Shown here: positions 51,373 through 63,285 of the stretch, in pieces
Layout: the number at the start of each line of letters is the position of its first letter
Position numbering within the stretch: position 1 is the first letter of the stretch
DNA from: Malacoraja senta
Taxonomy: Eukaryota
DNA: 64,000 bases
Direction: 5' to 3'
Assembly (NCBI GenBank): GCA_038087875.1
Contig: CM076000.1
Coordinates: forward strand, 496,001 to 560,000
Made by a program: the position numbers and the translations under genes
The notes under the pieces: generated by a model
Databases searched by the model: none
What the model was told of the DNA's origin: nothing
Seen by the model: only the letters and a program-made list of their open reading frames with translations

Positions 51373-53163
51373 CTGAAAATGCTAAACCTAACAATTCTGC
51401 AGGGTTTTTAAAAAATGTTTAATATTTTGGTATACAATTGTTTTTTTGTTACTGCCCCATGTTAACTTCAGTGTATGACTACTATATACACAGTGCAGGA
51501 CCAGTAATGTAGAGAACAATCAATTTTAATAAGGGGTACTGGGTTACAACAATGCTGGAAATTGACAACATGCTGTTCCTCGTCCGAAGCATGAATTTCA
51601 TTTGATATACATTCCCATGTCAGCTTTACACCACTTGCACCATACAAAAATATTAAATACATAATCATTTAGTTTATCTTCATACATGCAGTGACTTAAC
51701 AAAAGTAATAATAATGACCACAAATTATAATCTGTCAGGTCTTCATAAGTGGCCTGTATTCTCTTTACCACCCAAGATTGCTGTATTGTCAGTTTAATTT
51801 TCCATGTATCAATTTCTAATAGCAACAGTAAACATATCTACATGAACTTCATTTTTCTGTATGGAAAAAAAATGAACGCGGACACTTACGATTTTGAAAA
51901 ATCAGATTGGTATGAGAGTCATTACCAATAGCTTTTAAAACATTTTTAACGAGAGTACTGGTTCATACCTCAATGTAGACATGTAAATTCAAAGGTAAAT
52001 TGTTTAAACCAGGCTAAGAAAATACATTTATGATTTTCCAAGTGGCCTTTAAGTTAAAGCTTTTATATACTAAATCCTATTTTTATTTCTATCAATCATT
52101 TGTCTAGAGAAAAATAGCTTGTACAAATGCTGAGATAAACCTACCTTTTTTTTTTAAGTAGTAAGAAGTCAGGATGTCACACATATTTTAAGCAGTCCTT
52201 GAAAAATTAAGTTTAATTCAAAAGTGCCAATACTTTAGCAATGCTTATGTAATTCCTACTATAACCAAAAGCTCTGCAATAGCTGGGAGCAGCTCACCAA
52301 TACTTAAAGTTAGCAGAGGCATAGCCACAACAAAAAGTTTTAAATCCATATTACTGAAGCTAGAGTATAGATATTTAACAGAATATGCAAAAGCCATCAT
52401 GATCAAACAGTCGGAAACAAATGCTCCATGCAGGAAAGCTACCAGGCCACTTGTACAAATGGAGAAAGAGCAGAAAAGACCAGTGCTTCTTCAAAGCACT
52501 GCAATGATCAGCCCAGAGAGCAATTCATAGCATGCTATTTTAATCACTATTAACTACATATTCATTCTCACTGGGAATATTACACAAGTATAATGAGGCC
52601 CAACAAATCAGTTAGATTATCACTGAATGCTTAAAGCAAATTGTACCTCTGTATTGCAATTTTTCTATACAAAGTGTATACAGTACCATATAAAGTCTAT
52701 ACAGTACTGCATCATGGGTGTTAAGAAATATACTAATTTGTTCAGAACAAATTGTGAAAATTACTGTGTACAAACCTTGGGATTTATGAAACTCTTCAAC
52801 CGAAGCATGATGCTTAATATTTATGTATTTCTTTTAAAATTAAAACAATAGGTGTATTATTAGAAGTTTTATTTTCAAGGCTATACATTTATTTTGAAAC
52901 ATGTTGAACAATATAAAAAATGCATTGTAAAATTATACAATACTATAATTGTAAATGCTGGGGCAAAAATAAAGCATTGGAATTTGCTAATATCATAAAA
53001 TAAACTTATTACAGATTATATCATTAAGCTCTTATTCAAAGACAAGTTTAGTAAATGCAGCAACCTTGAACTTAAAGTGCCATATACCTTAGGAGAAAAA
53101 TAATAAGGCTTTTACTGTTATACAGCAGTAAAATGTAATTGTTAATATTTTATGAGATGTTTT

Positions 53164-53946
53164 CTATTTATAACGGACTAGACGTAAGACCTTATAATTC
53201 ATGAAGTCAGAGGAATCTGGCTGTAGTGAATCTACATGAAATCCATCACTCATTGCTGTTTTAAGCACTTCCTCTACAAACAACTGAAAATTGTTAACTT
53301 GCTCATTTGTAGGCACAGTCCAAAGTCTTTTTAAGTTTTGTTGTGTGTATTCATCTTCAGGCAATACTGCTACATGCCCAACCCACTGCAATGTCAAATG
53401 GTGCGGATCCTTCTTCTCATAACCAATTGGAAAAAGTCTATCATTAACAAAGTAACAAAACTTGGAGCTCAAATGCTTCAAAAAATCAGCTGATGTGCAA
53501 AATATGTTGGCATCAAAGACCTCTGTGCTGCACGAGGTTAGGTTGTACATTTGTGGAGCTGGTTTAACAGTGAAGTACACAGTTTGCAATCTCTGGTCCA
53601 GAGTAATGTTGAGCATTGCATTCCTTTCCGCCTTAGCATTTTCAGACTCTCTCTCCTGCAAGGCTGCGATTAAAGGCTGGATCTGGTAAAAATCCGCTTC
53701 TCTCTTCAACAGCCTAACTTCTTGAAAATCATCTGGGAGGTCGAGGTTTGATGTGCGCAAAAAATTTAGAATATATCGAAATATTTTCCCATCTCGATCT
53801 ATGAAGTAATTTCCACGATGATCACTGGTTGAAGGCATTTTCCCACTAAACATTACCCCCAGCATTGAGTCTGGGTAACGTGTTAAAGTTGCCAGAGAAC
53901 TGGTATACAATTTTCCTCCTACATTTATTGTTATGGGATCAGACAT
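53164..53946 (-). CDS. KCTD21: BTB/POZ (T1) domain protein KCTD21 (KCASH2), single coding exon, 260 aa
   Basis: MSDPITINVGGKLYTSSLATLTRYPDSMLG...YFIDRDGKIFRYILNFLR BTB domain and C-terminus DFMNYKVLRLVRYK typical of KCTD21; splice acceptor at 53981-53983, 34 nt upstream of the ATG. Confidence 0.95.
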   Translation of the reverse strand: MSDPITINVGGKLYTSSLATLTRYPDSMLGVMFSGKMPSTSDHRGNYFIDRDGKIFRYILNFLRTSNLDLPDDFQEVRLLKREADFYQIQPLIAALQERESENAKAERNAMLNITLDQRLQTVYFTVKPAPQMYNLTSCSTEVFDANIFCTSADFLKHLSSKFCYFVNDRLFPIGYEKKDPHHLTLQWVGHVAVLPEDEYTQQNLKRLWTVPTNEQVNNFQLFVEEVLKTAMSDGFHVDSLQPDSSDFMNYKVLRLVRYK

Positions 53947-55161
53947 ATTGAATTGATATTGTGATGTTAATTCCTATAATCTGTTTCATAAAAAGGGAGA
54001 GAAAAAGAGAAAAAGATTTTATGAAACAGTGCTTAATGCAAAGATCATAAACATTCTGTACTAAACAGTCGTACTGCTTCTACCCTGTGTACAAAAGATT
54101 TTTTTATGTGAATGAGTTGCAACTATGTATTCTTCATGACATAGGCAAGCACATATTGCATTTTTGAGATTCTATTTCGTGTTCCAACATCCCTGGGGGA
54201 AAAAAGGGATTGGCTTTGTTACAGACAAATTGTGATGTGGCTAATACTGAAAACTGGAAAGCGAGATGATGGTGTCAATATTGATAAAGGAGGGAATTGG
54301 AGACAAGGTTGATATAACTAAGAAAATACACAGTAAGTATGGTTGGAATACAAGTTTTTTTTAAACATAAATTACATGTTATTTTATATCAGATTGTGGG
54401 AAGGAAATTAGAGGCAATCTGAATAGATTACATACACAGAAATAACATTAATACAGAGACACAAGTGACCGCAGTTTCTGGCATTTGAGCAAAAAAATTA
54501 ATTCTGTAAGAACTAAGAGGGTCAAGCAGCTTCTGTGGAGGCAAAGGGATGGTCAATGTTTCAGGTCTTAACCCTGTCTCCACCCGAGGCGATCAAAATT
54601 ATTACTGTTTTAATTATTTGCCTGACGTTTGGTCCAGAATTTAAAAGGAGAAAAGGGAATGGAATTACAAAAGCCACAAGGGATCCTTCTTTAAAGCTAG
54701 GAGATAGTATGGTTGGGTCTCATTTTGATTTTTTTTAAAAAGTTGAATAAATGTTGAAGGAGCATCTTACAACTTGGTCACAACTTGATTAAAGTCAAAA
54801 CAAACTAGTTCACAACATTTTAAAAAGAATTATGCTAAATGAGATATAGTGAAAATACAAATTGTCAATATGTGTTGGAAGGAACTGCAGATGCTGGTTT
54901 AATCCGAAGATATACATAAAATGCTGGAGTAACTCAGTGGGTCAAGCAGCATCTCTGGAGAGAAGGAATGGTCGTCAATATGTGTTGTCCACCAATTGCA
55001 AGATGATTGCAAAACCAGATGAAAGGTAAAAATGTATTTTATTTCACTGAAAAGCACACACATTTTCAGATGTCCTCAGTAGGTGAAACTGAAGATGGCT
55101 CAAGGCAAACAACATCATGAAATCAGCACATACAGTATACCCGCTCTTATAGGAAATAAAT

Positions 55162-56075
55162 AGACTGATGGGAGGGGAGGAGACAACCAGAAGGCTGATG
55201 AAGGGGAGGGGACAGCAAGTGCTAGCAGAATTGGGAGAATTCAATGTTCAAGCCCCCAGGATGTAGACTGCCCAAGCGGGTGGTGGAGTCACCTCCAACG
55301 TGACCCCACCACTCGCCACATCTTCCCATCTCCCCCATGTCTGTCTTCCGCAAAGACCGCTCCCTCCGTAACTCCCTTGTCAATTCTTCCCTTCCCTCCC
55401 ATACCACCCCCTCCCCTGGTACTTTCCCTTGCAGCCGCAAGAGATGCAACACTTGTCCCTTCACCTCCCCCCTCGACTCCATTCAAGGACCCAAGCAGTC
55501 ATTCCAGGTGCGACAGAGGTTCACCTGCATCTCCTCCAACCTCATCTATTGCATCCGCTGCTCTAGATGCCAGCTGATCTACATCGGTGAGACCAAGCGG
55601 AGGCTTGGCGATCGTTTCGCCGAACACCTCCGGTCGGTCCGCAATAACCAACCTGAGCTCCTGGTGGCTCAGCACTTCAACTCCCCATCCCATTCCGTAT
55701 CTGACCTCTCTGTCCTGGGTCTCCTCCATGGCCACAGCGAGCAACACCGTAAATTGGAGGAAATGCACCTCATATTCCGCTTGGGCAGTCTACATCCTGG
55801 GGGCTTGAACATTGAATTCTCCCAATTCTGCTAGCCCTTGCTGTGCCCTCCCCTTCATCAGCCTTCTGGTTGTCTCCTCCCCTCCCCCCAGCCCTTGGGC
55901 TCCTCCGCCTTTTTCCTTTTTTCCTTTCTTCCCCCCACCCCTATCAGTCTGAAGAAGGGTTTCGGCCGAAACGTTGCCTATTTCCTTCGCTCCATAGATG
56001 CTGCTGCACCCGCTGAGTTTCTCCAGCATTTTTGTGTACCTTCGATTTTCCAGCATCTGCAGTTCCTTCTTTAAC
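55162..56075 (+). mobile_element. 5'-truncated Penelope-like element with GIY-YIG endonuclease region and inverted 5' segment
   Basis: ORF 55337-55834: PCSRKRCNTC linker, NLIYCIRC..YIGETKRRLGDRFAEH..HFN..GLN; 55170-55279 is the reverse complement of 55777-55886. Confidence 0.92.
55945..55980 (+). ncRNA. Minimal type I hammerhead ribozyme motif (Penelope pLTR type)
   Basis: CTGAAGA (55949-55955), stem II GG..CC, GAAACGTT (55968-55975) with palindromic ACGT; sits in the Penelope 3' region. Confidence 0.6.
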
Positions 56076-58085
56076 AACAGTGAAATGTGAAAGATGCAAT
56101 GAAAATAATTTTTAAACCCCGAAAAAAATATCTGTAGAAAGCTACAGAAATCTAATTAAAATGTGAATAAGACCATAGACTAATATTTGTTGACCTGAAA
56201 TGTATTCATTAACTAAATTACTGAACAATTTAAATATTTTTATTTGAGCAGAAAAAAGAATCAGCATGATCATGTAAGCATTACTAATTCATATTTTGAG
56301 AAGCAACTTACAGTAAGTAGTAAATATTGTGGGTGCTATTTAGACAAACTTAGATGATGTTCGAAAATGTCTCACATTCATTTGATGTACTTTAATGCTC
56401 AAAGCATTTGATGTACTTTATTCTCCTCGCTAGGAAAATGACGGGGCAGGCTGGCTACAAGGAGATAGTGGGCACATACCTGAATTGGCAAGAGGTACTT
56501 TTGCTATCTGTGATGGTACTCCATTTATATGATGGAACAAAAATACATCTAAAAGAGTTTACCATTGATAAAAAAGCACAGTAGATGGAAGCATGGAATT
56601 ACCACAATATCAAACAAAATTTTATATTGAACCTTTAAGATATTAACAAAGATGGCAGTCAAAACAGCTGCTATTACAGGGCATGTTATAAAAAAAAGTC
56701 GGTGAAGGGAGGTAATTTTGGAGTTTATTGCCTTGACAACTGAAGGTGTGGCAGTCAACAAAGTATGGCAACGATCAAGGTGCGAGAATTGGAGAGATGC
56801 AGATTTCACAGAAGATTAGAGAGATGGAATATAACACTGGAAAATAAAATTGTAAAAATTGGAAATTCCTTATCCATTATTTAATGCAAGTCACGGCCAT
56901 GAAAACAGGATTTGCTGCTAGAAAGTACACAGGCTGCATGCAGAGGTTTGAACAACAAATATTTCAGAAAGTGCAAGTTCGGTTAACTAGGGAGATTATT
57001 ACTCAATTTAGGAGGACAAAGGAGAGCACTGAAGAAAATACTGGAAAATCTTAGCAAGCTGCAAAAGGGGAACAATTAACATTTCAGGTCTGTGCTCCTT
57101 CACTGTTCATGGTTTCTCTTTCTAGAAATGCTGCCTGACTTGCTGAGTTTTGGCAGCAGTTTCCGTTTTTATCTCATCTTTCCAGAATCTCTGCAATCCA
57201 CCCCTCTCCCCCCGCCCCCCCCCCCCCCCCATCTTCATTAATGAGCATTTTCTAAATAGGGAATAACTGGAAGAAAGAGAGCGAAATGAGTTCAGATGCT
57301 TGCACTTGGATCTTTATAAAGCCATGACCAGACACCCCCCCCCCCCACAACCCCCTCCAAAAAATAGAAAGGTTAATATTAGCACTGAACTTTCTATCTA
57401 CAGAACTAAAATGCAATGGGGCAGAGGCTATTCTGCAACATAGCCCTGGTTACACCCAGAATACTCTGATCAGTTCTGAGAATCATACGTAAGAAAATAT
57501 ATTAGCCTAGGAGAGAGTATTGGAATGACATTAGGACCGAAACGGATAAATTACAAAACAATAATATGGTTATATTCTTGGAATTAATATTTAATGGAGG
57601 AGCTAATTAGTATTATGAACGAGAATAAGATAAATAGTGAGAAACCAAAAGGCTGGTCATTGCACAAATCAACCCCTGCAATATCCAAAGCTGTACGCTT
57701 AGCCCCCTGCTTTATTCTTTATGCAAGCAGCAATTCTAAAAAGAGAATCAACCCGTGCCTAAGAAATGACTGGGATAGACTTCAGTTTGCCTGTCGTTAC
57801 AACTGGTCACCGCAGATACTATCTCACTGGCTCCCCACTCTGCACTGGGCTATCTGGAAAGCAAGAACACATTTTGTCAGTCTGCTGTTCATCGACTACA
57901 GCTCGGTATTCCTCTCCAAACTCATGTCATCTCCAAGACCTGCGGTAGACACAAAATGCTGGAGTAACTCAGCGGGACAGGCAGCATCTCTGGAGAGAAG
58001 GATTGGGTGATGCTTCTTCACACTGATGTCGGGGAGGGGGCGGGACAAAGACCTCCAAGACCTTCCCTCCAAGACTTAGGCCTCT

Positions 58086-58520
58086 CAGGCCCATACGAAG
58101 CTTTTCAAAAAGGGTGGCATGACAGGATTTGCAGAACCAGGGTTGGTTTACAGGGCAAGGCTAACGAATGCCCTTGCATTAGTAGTAGTGGTAAATGGCA
58201 ATATACATTCAGGAGCACCTGTTCCGTTGTTTTGCACAATCCGCAAGCATTGCCACTTTCATTTTACTGCACATCTTGTATGTATATGTGACAAATAGAC
58301 TTGACTTACCTTGACTTGACGACAAGTGATTTCCTGGTTGTTCACAAACAAGGCACAAGGTAGGCAAAAATACGCCATCCACATGATCGCTATATACAAG
58401 CCAGGGATATGCTCGAAACCAGTCAGGGTTAAATATTCGCCAGCATCCATTCTTATACAAGGCACCATATTGTATGTTGGACCCAGTTTAAAGTGATTCT
58501 GTAAGCTTTAGCAGCTTCTT
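58086..58520 (-). mobile_element. hAT transposon remnant with TTF-type zinc-finger coding fragment
   Basis: RIFNPDWFRAYPWLVYSDHVDGVF followed, after a frameshift, by FCLPCALF, which is the ZnF_TTF pattern; CAGGCCC terminus at 58086. Confidence 0.6.
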
Positions 58521-58548
58521 CATTGGTTGTGGTAGAATTTAAGGAGAA

Positions 58549-59110
58549 CTAGACCAAGTGCAGACCCGTTGGGTCTGTTCCCCCAACGTGCAGTTGCAGG
58601 GGGGGGGGCGGCGTCACACACATTAACCACCCCCACACACACTAACTACCCCCCCTCACACGCGCTAACTACCCCCCTTGTCAACATATTACTATTATTA
58701 ATTTTTTCTCCTATTACCCATAACCGCCCTATCTACTGACGCATAGCCCCCAACTCGCAGAGAGGGAGGGGGGTATAGAGTGAGGGCAAAGAGAGAAGGG
58801 GGAGAGGGAGGGAGGGGGGAGGGAGAGAGAGGAGGGGGAGAGAGGAGGGGGGAGAGAGAGAGGAGGGGGGAGGAGAGAGAGAGAGGGGGAGAGGAGGGAG
58901 AGAGAGAGGAGGGGAAGAGAGAGAAAGGAGGGGGGGAGAGGGGGGAGAGAGAGAGGTGGGGGAGAGATTGAGAGGAGGGGAGAGGAGAGAGAGGGGGGGG
59001 TCGCAAGTTTTATACAAAGGACCTGCGCATTTGTACGGGGGGGGGGTTGGAGCGGGCGGACGTGGGAGTCCAGCTGCGGGAGGCATGGCGCGAGCGTACT
59101 TGAGCCAGGA
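58549..59110 (-). mobile_element. Helitron-like element 3' part (same family as 31851-34828)
   Basis: A-CTAGACCAAGTGCAGACCCGTTGGGTCTGTTCCCC is the exact reverse complement of the 33607-33642 end; also shares the GAGTTGGGGGCTATGCGTCAGT segment. Confidence 0.75.
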
Positions 59111-59178
59111 GCCAGGTGGGCCTCGATAGGTGGGCCTGTGGGTCAGTAAAACACAGAGTCCAGCACTGGATCAACTAA

Positions 59179-59310
59179 AGGGCCTGTCCCACTGCGGGGA
59201 CCTAATTTGCGAGTTTAGAAGCGTTTGCATCGACTCAAACTTGCAGCATGGTCGACACATGGTCTAGGAGTCTATGTAACTCTCCTTCATGCTCGAGAGA
59301 AGTTCGAGCA
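59179..59310. mobile_element. Truncated Harbinger-type MITE end
   Basis: TAA followed by AGGGCCTGTCCCAC TIR. Confidence 0.55.
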
Positions 59311-59674
59311 AGAATTTCATTGTCCTATCTGGGACACATGACAATAAACTCTCTTGAATCTTGATTAGATTATAGCTATTGACAGTACCCGAACCCAATC
59401 ACAAAATTCACCATTACATTGTTTCTACAGAAAGTTCTAGCAGGAAGACAGTTTACAAAAGAATAGAAAACATTTCTCCAGGTAGTAGTAAAACAATTTG
59501 AACAAGGCTTCACACTTCACAAGATAACAGCACAAACACTCTGCAACATAATTAACAGTACTTTACAACACCCCACTATCTGACCAAACCTAATCATGCA
59601 TATGCAACACCTCTTAGCTCTTCTACAAAACCCTCATACATAGTAAACAAAAGGGAGAGACATGTTGTGACCTT

Positions 59675-59874
59675 NNNNNNNNNNNNNNNNNNNNNNNNNN
59701 NNNNNNNNNNNNNNNNNNNNNNNNNNNNNNNNNNNNNNNNNNNNNNNNNNNNNNNNNNNNNNNNNNNNNNNNNNNNNNNNNNNNNNNNNNNNNNNNNNNN
59801 NNNNNNNNNNNNNNNNNNNNNNNNNNNNNNNNNNNNNNNNNNNNNNNNNNNNNNNNNNNNNNNNNNNNNNNNNN
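59675..59874. other. Assembly gap (200 N)
   Basis: Run of exactly 200 N. Confidence 1.
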
Positions 59875-59916
59875 CGGGCGGGTGGGCAGACACCGCGCCG
59901 CCCCCCCCCACCCCCC

Positions 59917-60020
59917 ACTTACCTGGAGTAGACGCGAGGCATCGAGCTCAATGGGTGAAGCTTCCCCAACTGCGCAGGCGCGGATGGGCGCATTTCTTTC
60001 TCCCCCATTAGCCGGAACCA
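59917..60020 (-). promoter_or_regulatory. KCTD21: Candidate KCTD21 non-coding first exon and CpG-rich promoter
   Basis: Perfect minus-strand donor CAG|GTAAGT (59917-59925); NRF1-like TGCGCAGGCGCG at 59971-59982; CCGGAA near 60012; locally CpG-rich. Separated from the coding exon by an N gap. Confidence 0.6.
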
Positions 60021-60499
60021 GAATTTCGGCCGATTTCCCACAAAGTGTAAATGCTGATTGTGCTCCGATTTAAAAAAAAATAATTCTGGGGATTTTTTCT
60101 TACTCTGGGGAAAATAAGGGGGGTGTAGTCGCACCCCGCGCACCCCCCCCCCCCCTTTGGACAGCCATGGCCTCTGCACCTCTGCTTGCCACTGAATCCT
60201 TGACTTCCTCATCAGCAGATCTTAATCAGTGCGGATTGGTAACAACACGTCCTCACTGATCATCAACACAGGTGCATGTCAAACTGTATGCTTAGCCCCC
60301 TGCTCTAATCTTTATATCCATGCTGTGTGGCCAAGCACATTGCCAATGCAGCTACAAATTTGACGAGGCACTACTGTTGTTGGACGAATCATGGATGGTA
60401 ATGAATAAGCGTACAGAAGAGAGTAAGAATACCTGTTTGAGTGGTGCCTCAACAATTTCACACTCAACGCCAACAAAACCCAGGGAGAAGAGTCAAGAG

Positions 60500-61500
60500 T
60501 GTTTAATAATCATATGTACTGACACGGAACAATGAAATTATTACTTACTACAGCTTACCAGGACCATTAATGCAATACACACAGATAAATATATACTAAT
60601 CAATAATACAGTGAATTACAGACCATTATATTAGGTAATGCTCACATGTGCAAAACCAAAGTCCACAGTGCAACCAAAGACACAGTTCATCGAAGATCAT
60701 AATTGCTGAGGTAGTGATTATAGTTGGTGAGGTTGCTGCTGTGTAGTGTTCAAAACCCTGATGGTTTCTGGGAAGAAGCTGTTCTTGAACCTGGTGGTCA
60801 CGGTTTTCAGGCCCCTGTACTGCATTTCGTTGTCTCTGTACTGTACACTGCACAATGACAATAAAGTTGAATCTGAATCTGAATCTGAATCTGTACCTTC
60901 TTGTCGATGGTGCTTTATATCTTTGATGATATTGGCTGCCATTTTGAGGCATGCTCCTATGATCCCTTTGATATGGGGAGGTCAGTACCTGTGATGGGGT
61001 CAAGGAAAGAGCGTTCAAGTCGCGGCCCTGTTTTCACCAATCTTTCCACCACAACGTGCAAGAAGCGCAAGACAGACACCATTGTATGTAGATGCCGAGA
61101 AGTGTTTTCAGCTCTGGCTGAACAACTTCTAATCTTGTGTGTGGATTCGATAAGAAGAAGAAGTACCTGTGATGGACCGGGCAATGTCTGTAGCCTCCTT
61201 GGACGCTCTTGGACGTTCGAGCAGCCGAATCAGGCTGTGATGTAGCCAGCAAAAATGCACTCTGCCATACACCTGTAGAAGTTCAATAGAGTGTTTAATC
61301 GACATCCTGAAACTTCTCAAATCTTTCAAGGAAGTAGAGGTGTTGATGATCTTTCTATGTGATTGCACCAATATAGTAGTCCTTGGACAGATTTTTAAGA
61401 GATATGATGCACAGGAACGTGAAGCTGTTGACTCTCCACCATTCCATTGATGAAGACAGGAAGCATCTATCGGAAGGATTGTCACCCTCCAGGCTCTGCT
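60500..61500 (-). mobile_element. Degenerate Rex1/L2-group LINE 3' part with nested short inserts
   Basis: ANIIKD.., YRGLKTVTTRFKNSFFP; nested plus-strand tail TGACAATAAAG-(TGAATC)n at about 60820-60892. Confidence 0.65.
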
Positions 61501-61814
61501 GAAGTTGCACATCCAGGTTCAGGAACAGCTACCAGGTTCTTGAACTGACCTCAACAACCCTTATCCTACTTCAGCAATTGAACACTTTGCATGCAATACA
61601 ATGGACTTGTTATTGCAGTCTTTTTCTTTTCGCTATGTTGATAATTTGTTTTTTTGTACGTTATCTGAGTCTGTGTGCCTGCAAAGCTGCTGCATGCATG
61701 ATTTTCATTGACCTGTACCTCACCATACTTGTGCATATAACATGAAATACTCAACTTGACTTGGAATCTAAGACTAAAAGTATAAAATCTAAAGAGGGCC
61801 AGTAACACAAAGAA

Positions 61815-63285
61815 CCATCAGCCACCATCGCGCCGGGTTCTGGAGAAGTTCCCACAGTCACAACACCGACCATCACTCATCACCACAACACCACTGGTTC
61901 ACCAACAACGAGCAAACCTGTGAAGTGGTGGAACTTCCGCAAGGCCGACTGGGACAAGTTCCAACAACTTACCAACGCAGCTGACTCGGGCCTTCCTCCC
62001 CCAGACAGTACCAACCTGGACTGTTCCTACCAAGCCTACTGCAACATGCTTATCAGTGCAGGCAAGAAAACCATCCCCCGTGGCTACCAGAGGGATGACA
62101 TTCCATGTTGGGATGATGAGTGTCAACAGCTATATGAAGATATACTGCTGCTGGCACCAAAGAGGATTCTGAAGCCACTGCCACTACATTGCTCACATGC
62201 TTGGATGAGAAACGACAAGAACGCTGGATTGAGACGGTTGAATCGATGGACTTCACCCATTTGAGCCGTAAACCACAGCACACAGTCAACCGCCTGACCG
62301 GCAGAGCTACATGCAAACCCGGCAAATGCCCAGTGACCGGCAACGCAATCGCATCTCAACTAGTCAACAATGGTCGATTCACAAACTCTGACCGTGATTT
62401 CTCGTGCCAAGTGAGCAAAGAGGTGGCCGAGTCATGGAAAACTGACAGAGTGGATACGGACCTAACAATGGCTTTCACCTCAGAGGAAATGGCCACAGCA
62501 CTCAAGATGTTGAAAGAAGGAAAGGCCCCCGGATCTGACAGCATACACCCAGAATTTCTACTACATTCTGCAGATGCTGCTACCAACTGGATCCGACAGT
62601 ACCTGTCAATCTCCATGGAGAAGTGCAAAATCCCAAAGATCTGGCGTCGTGCAACAGTCATCGCTCTCCCGAAGCCGAACAAGCCAAAGGATGATCCTAA
62701 AAGCTACTGGCCCATCTCACTCCTCCGCATCCCATACAAGCTCCTTGAGAGGCTGATCCACGGGCGTATCAACCCCATCATAGACCCTCAACTACCCCAC
62801 GAGCAGGCTGGTTTCCGCCAAGGTCTATCTACTGCGGACCAGGTAACCTTCCTCACCCAAGACATCGAGGACTGCTTTGAGGCAAATGAGAAGGCAGGAG
62901 CTGTTCTTTTAAATCTGTCAGCTGCCTATGACACAGTGTGGCACCGGGGACTAACTGGAAAGCTACTTCAGGTGCTGCCAGACAGGCACATGGTACGCTA
63001 CATCATAGAGCTGATATCAAACCGCAGCTTTGTGCTTAAGACCAGTGATGGACAGCAGAGCAGGCTACGTAGACTGAAGAATGGCATCCCACAGGGATCC
63101 GTCTTGGCTCTGCTGTTTTTCAACGTGTACATCCATGACCTCCGAGAGACCATCGCTGGAAAATATGGATATACTGACGATCTAGCCATCCTGATGAGAC
63201 ACAAAGAGTGGAAGACAATCGAAAGCTCCTTGAGTCAAGACATGGGGACTTTGGCAGTATACCTACAACAGTGGCGTCTAAAGTT
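61815..63285 (+). mobile_element. RTE/RTE-X-type LINE fragment with long RT ORF (62189 onward)
   Basis: WNFRKADW, KAPGSDSIHPEF, SYWPISLL, EQAGFR, LSAAYDTVWH, PQGSVLA, YTDD; cut at about 63285 by an antisense Rex1-type 3' tail. Confidence 0.8.

Noticed and set aside
53164..53946. KCTD21 as a processed retrocopy
   Set aside because: A single coding exon is the normal KCTD21 structure; the ORF is intact and has an upstream splice acceptor.
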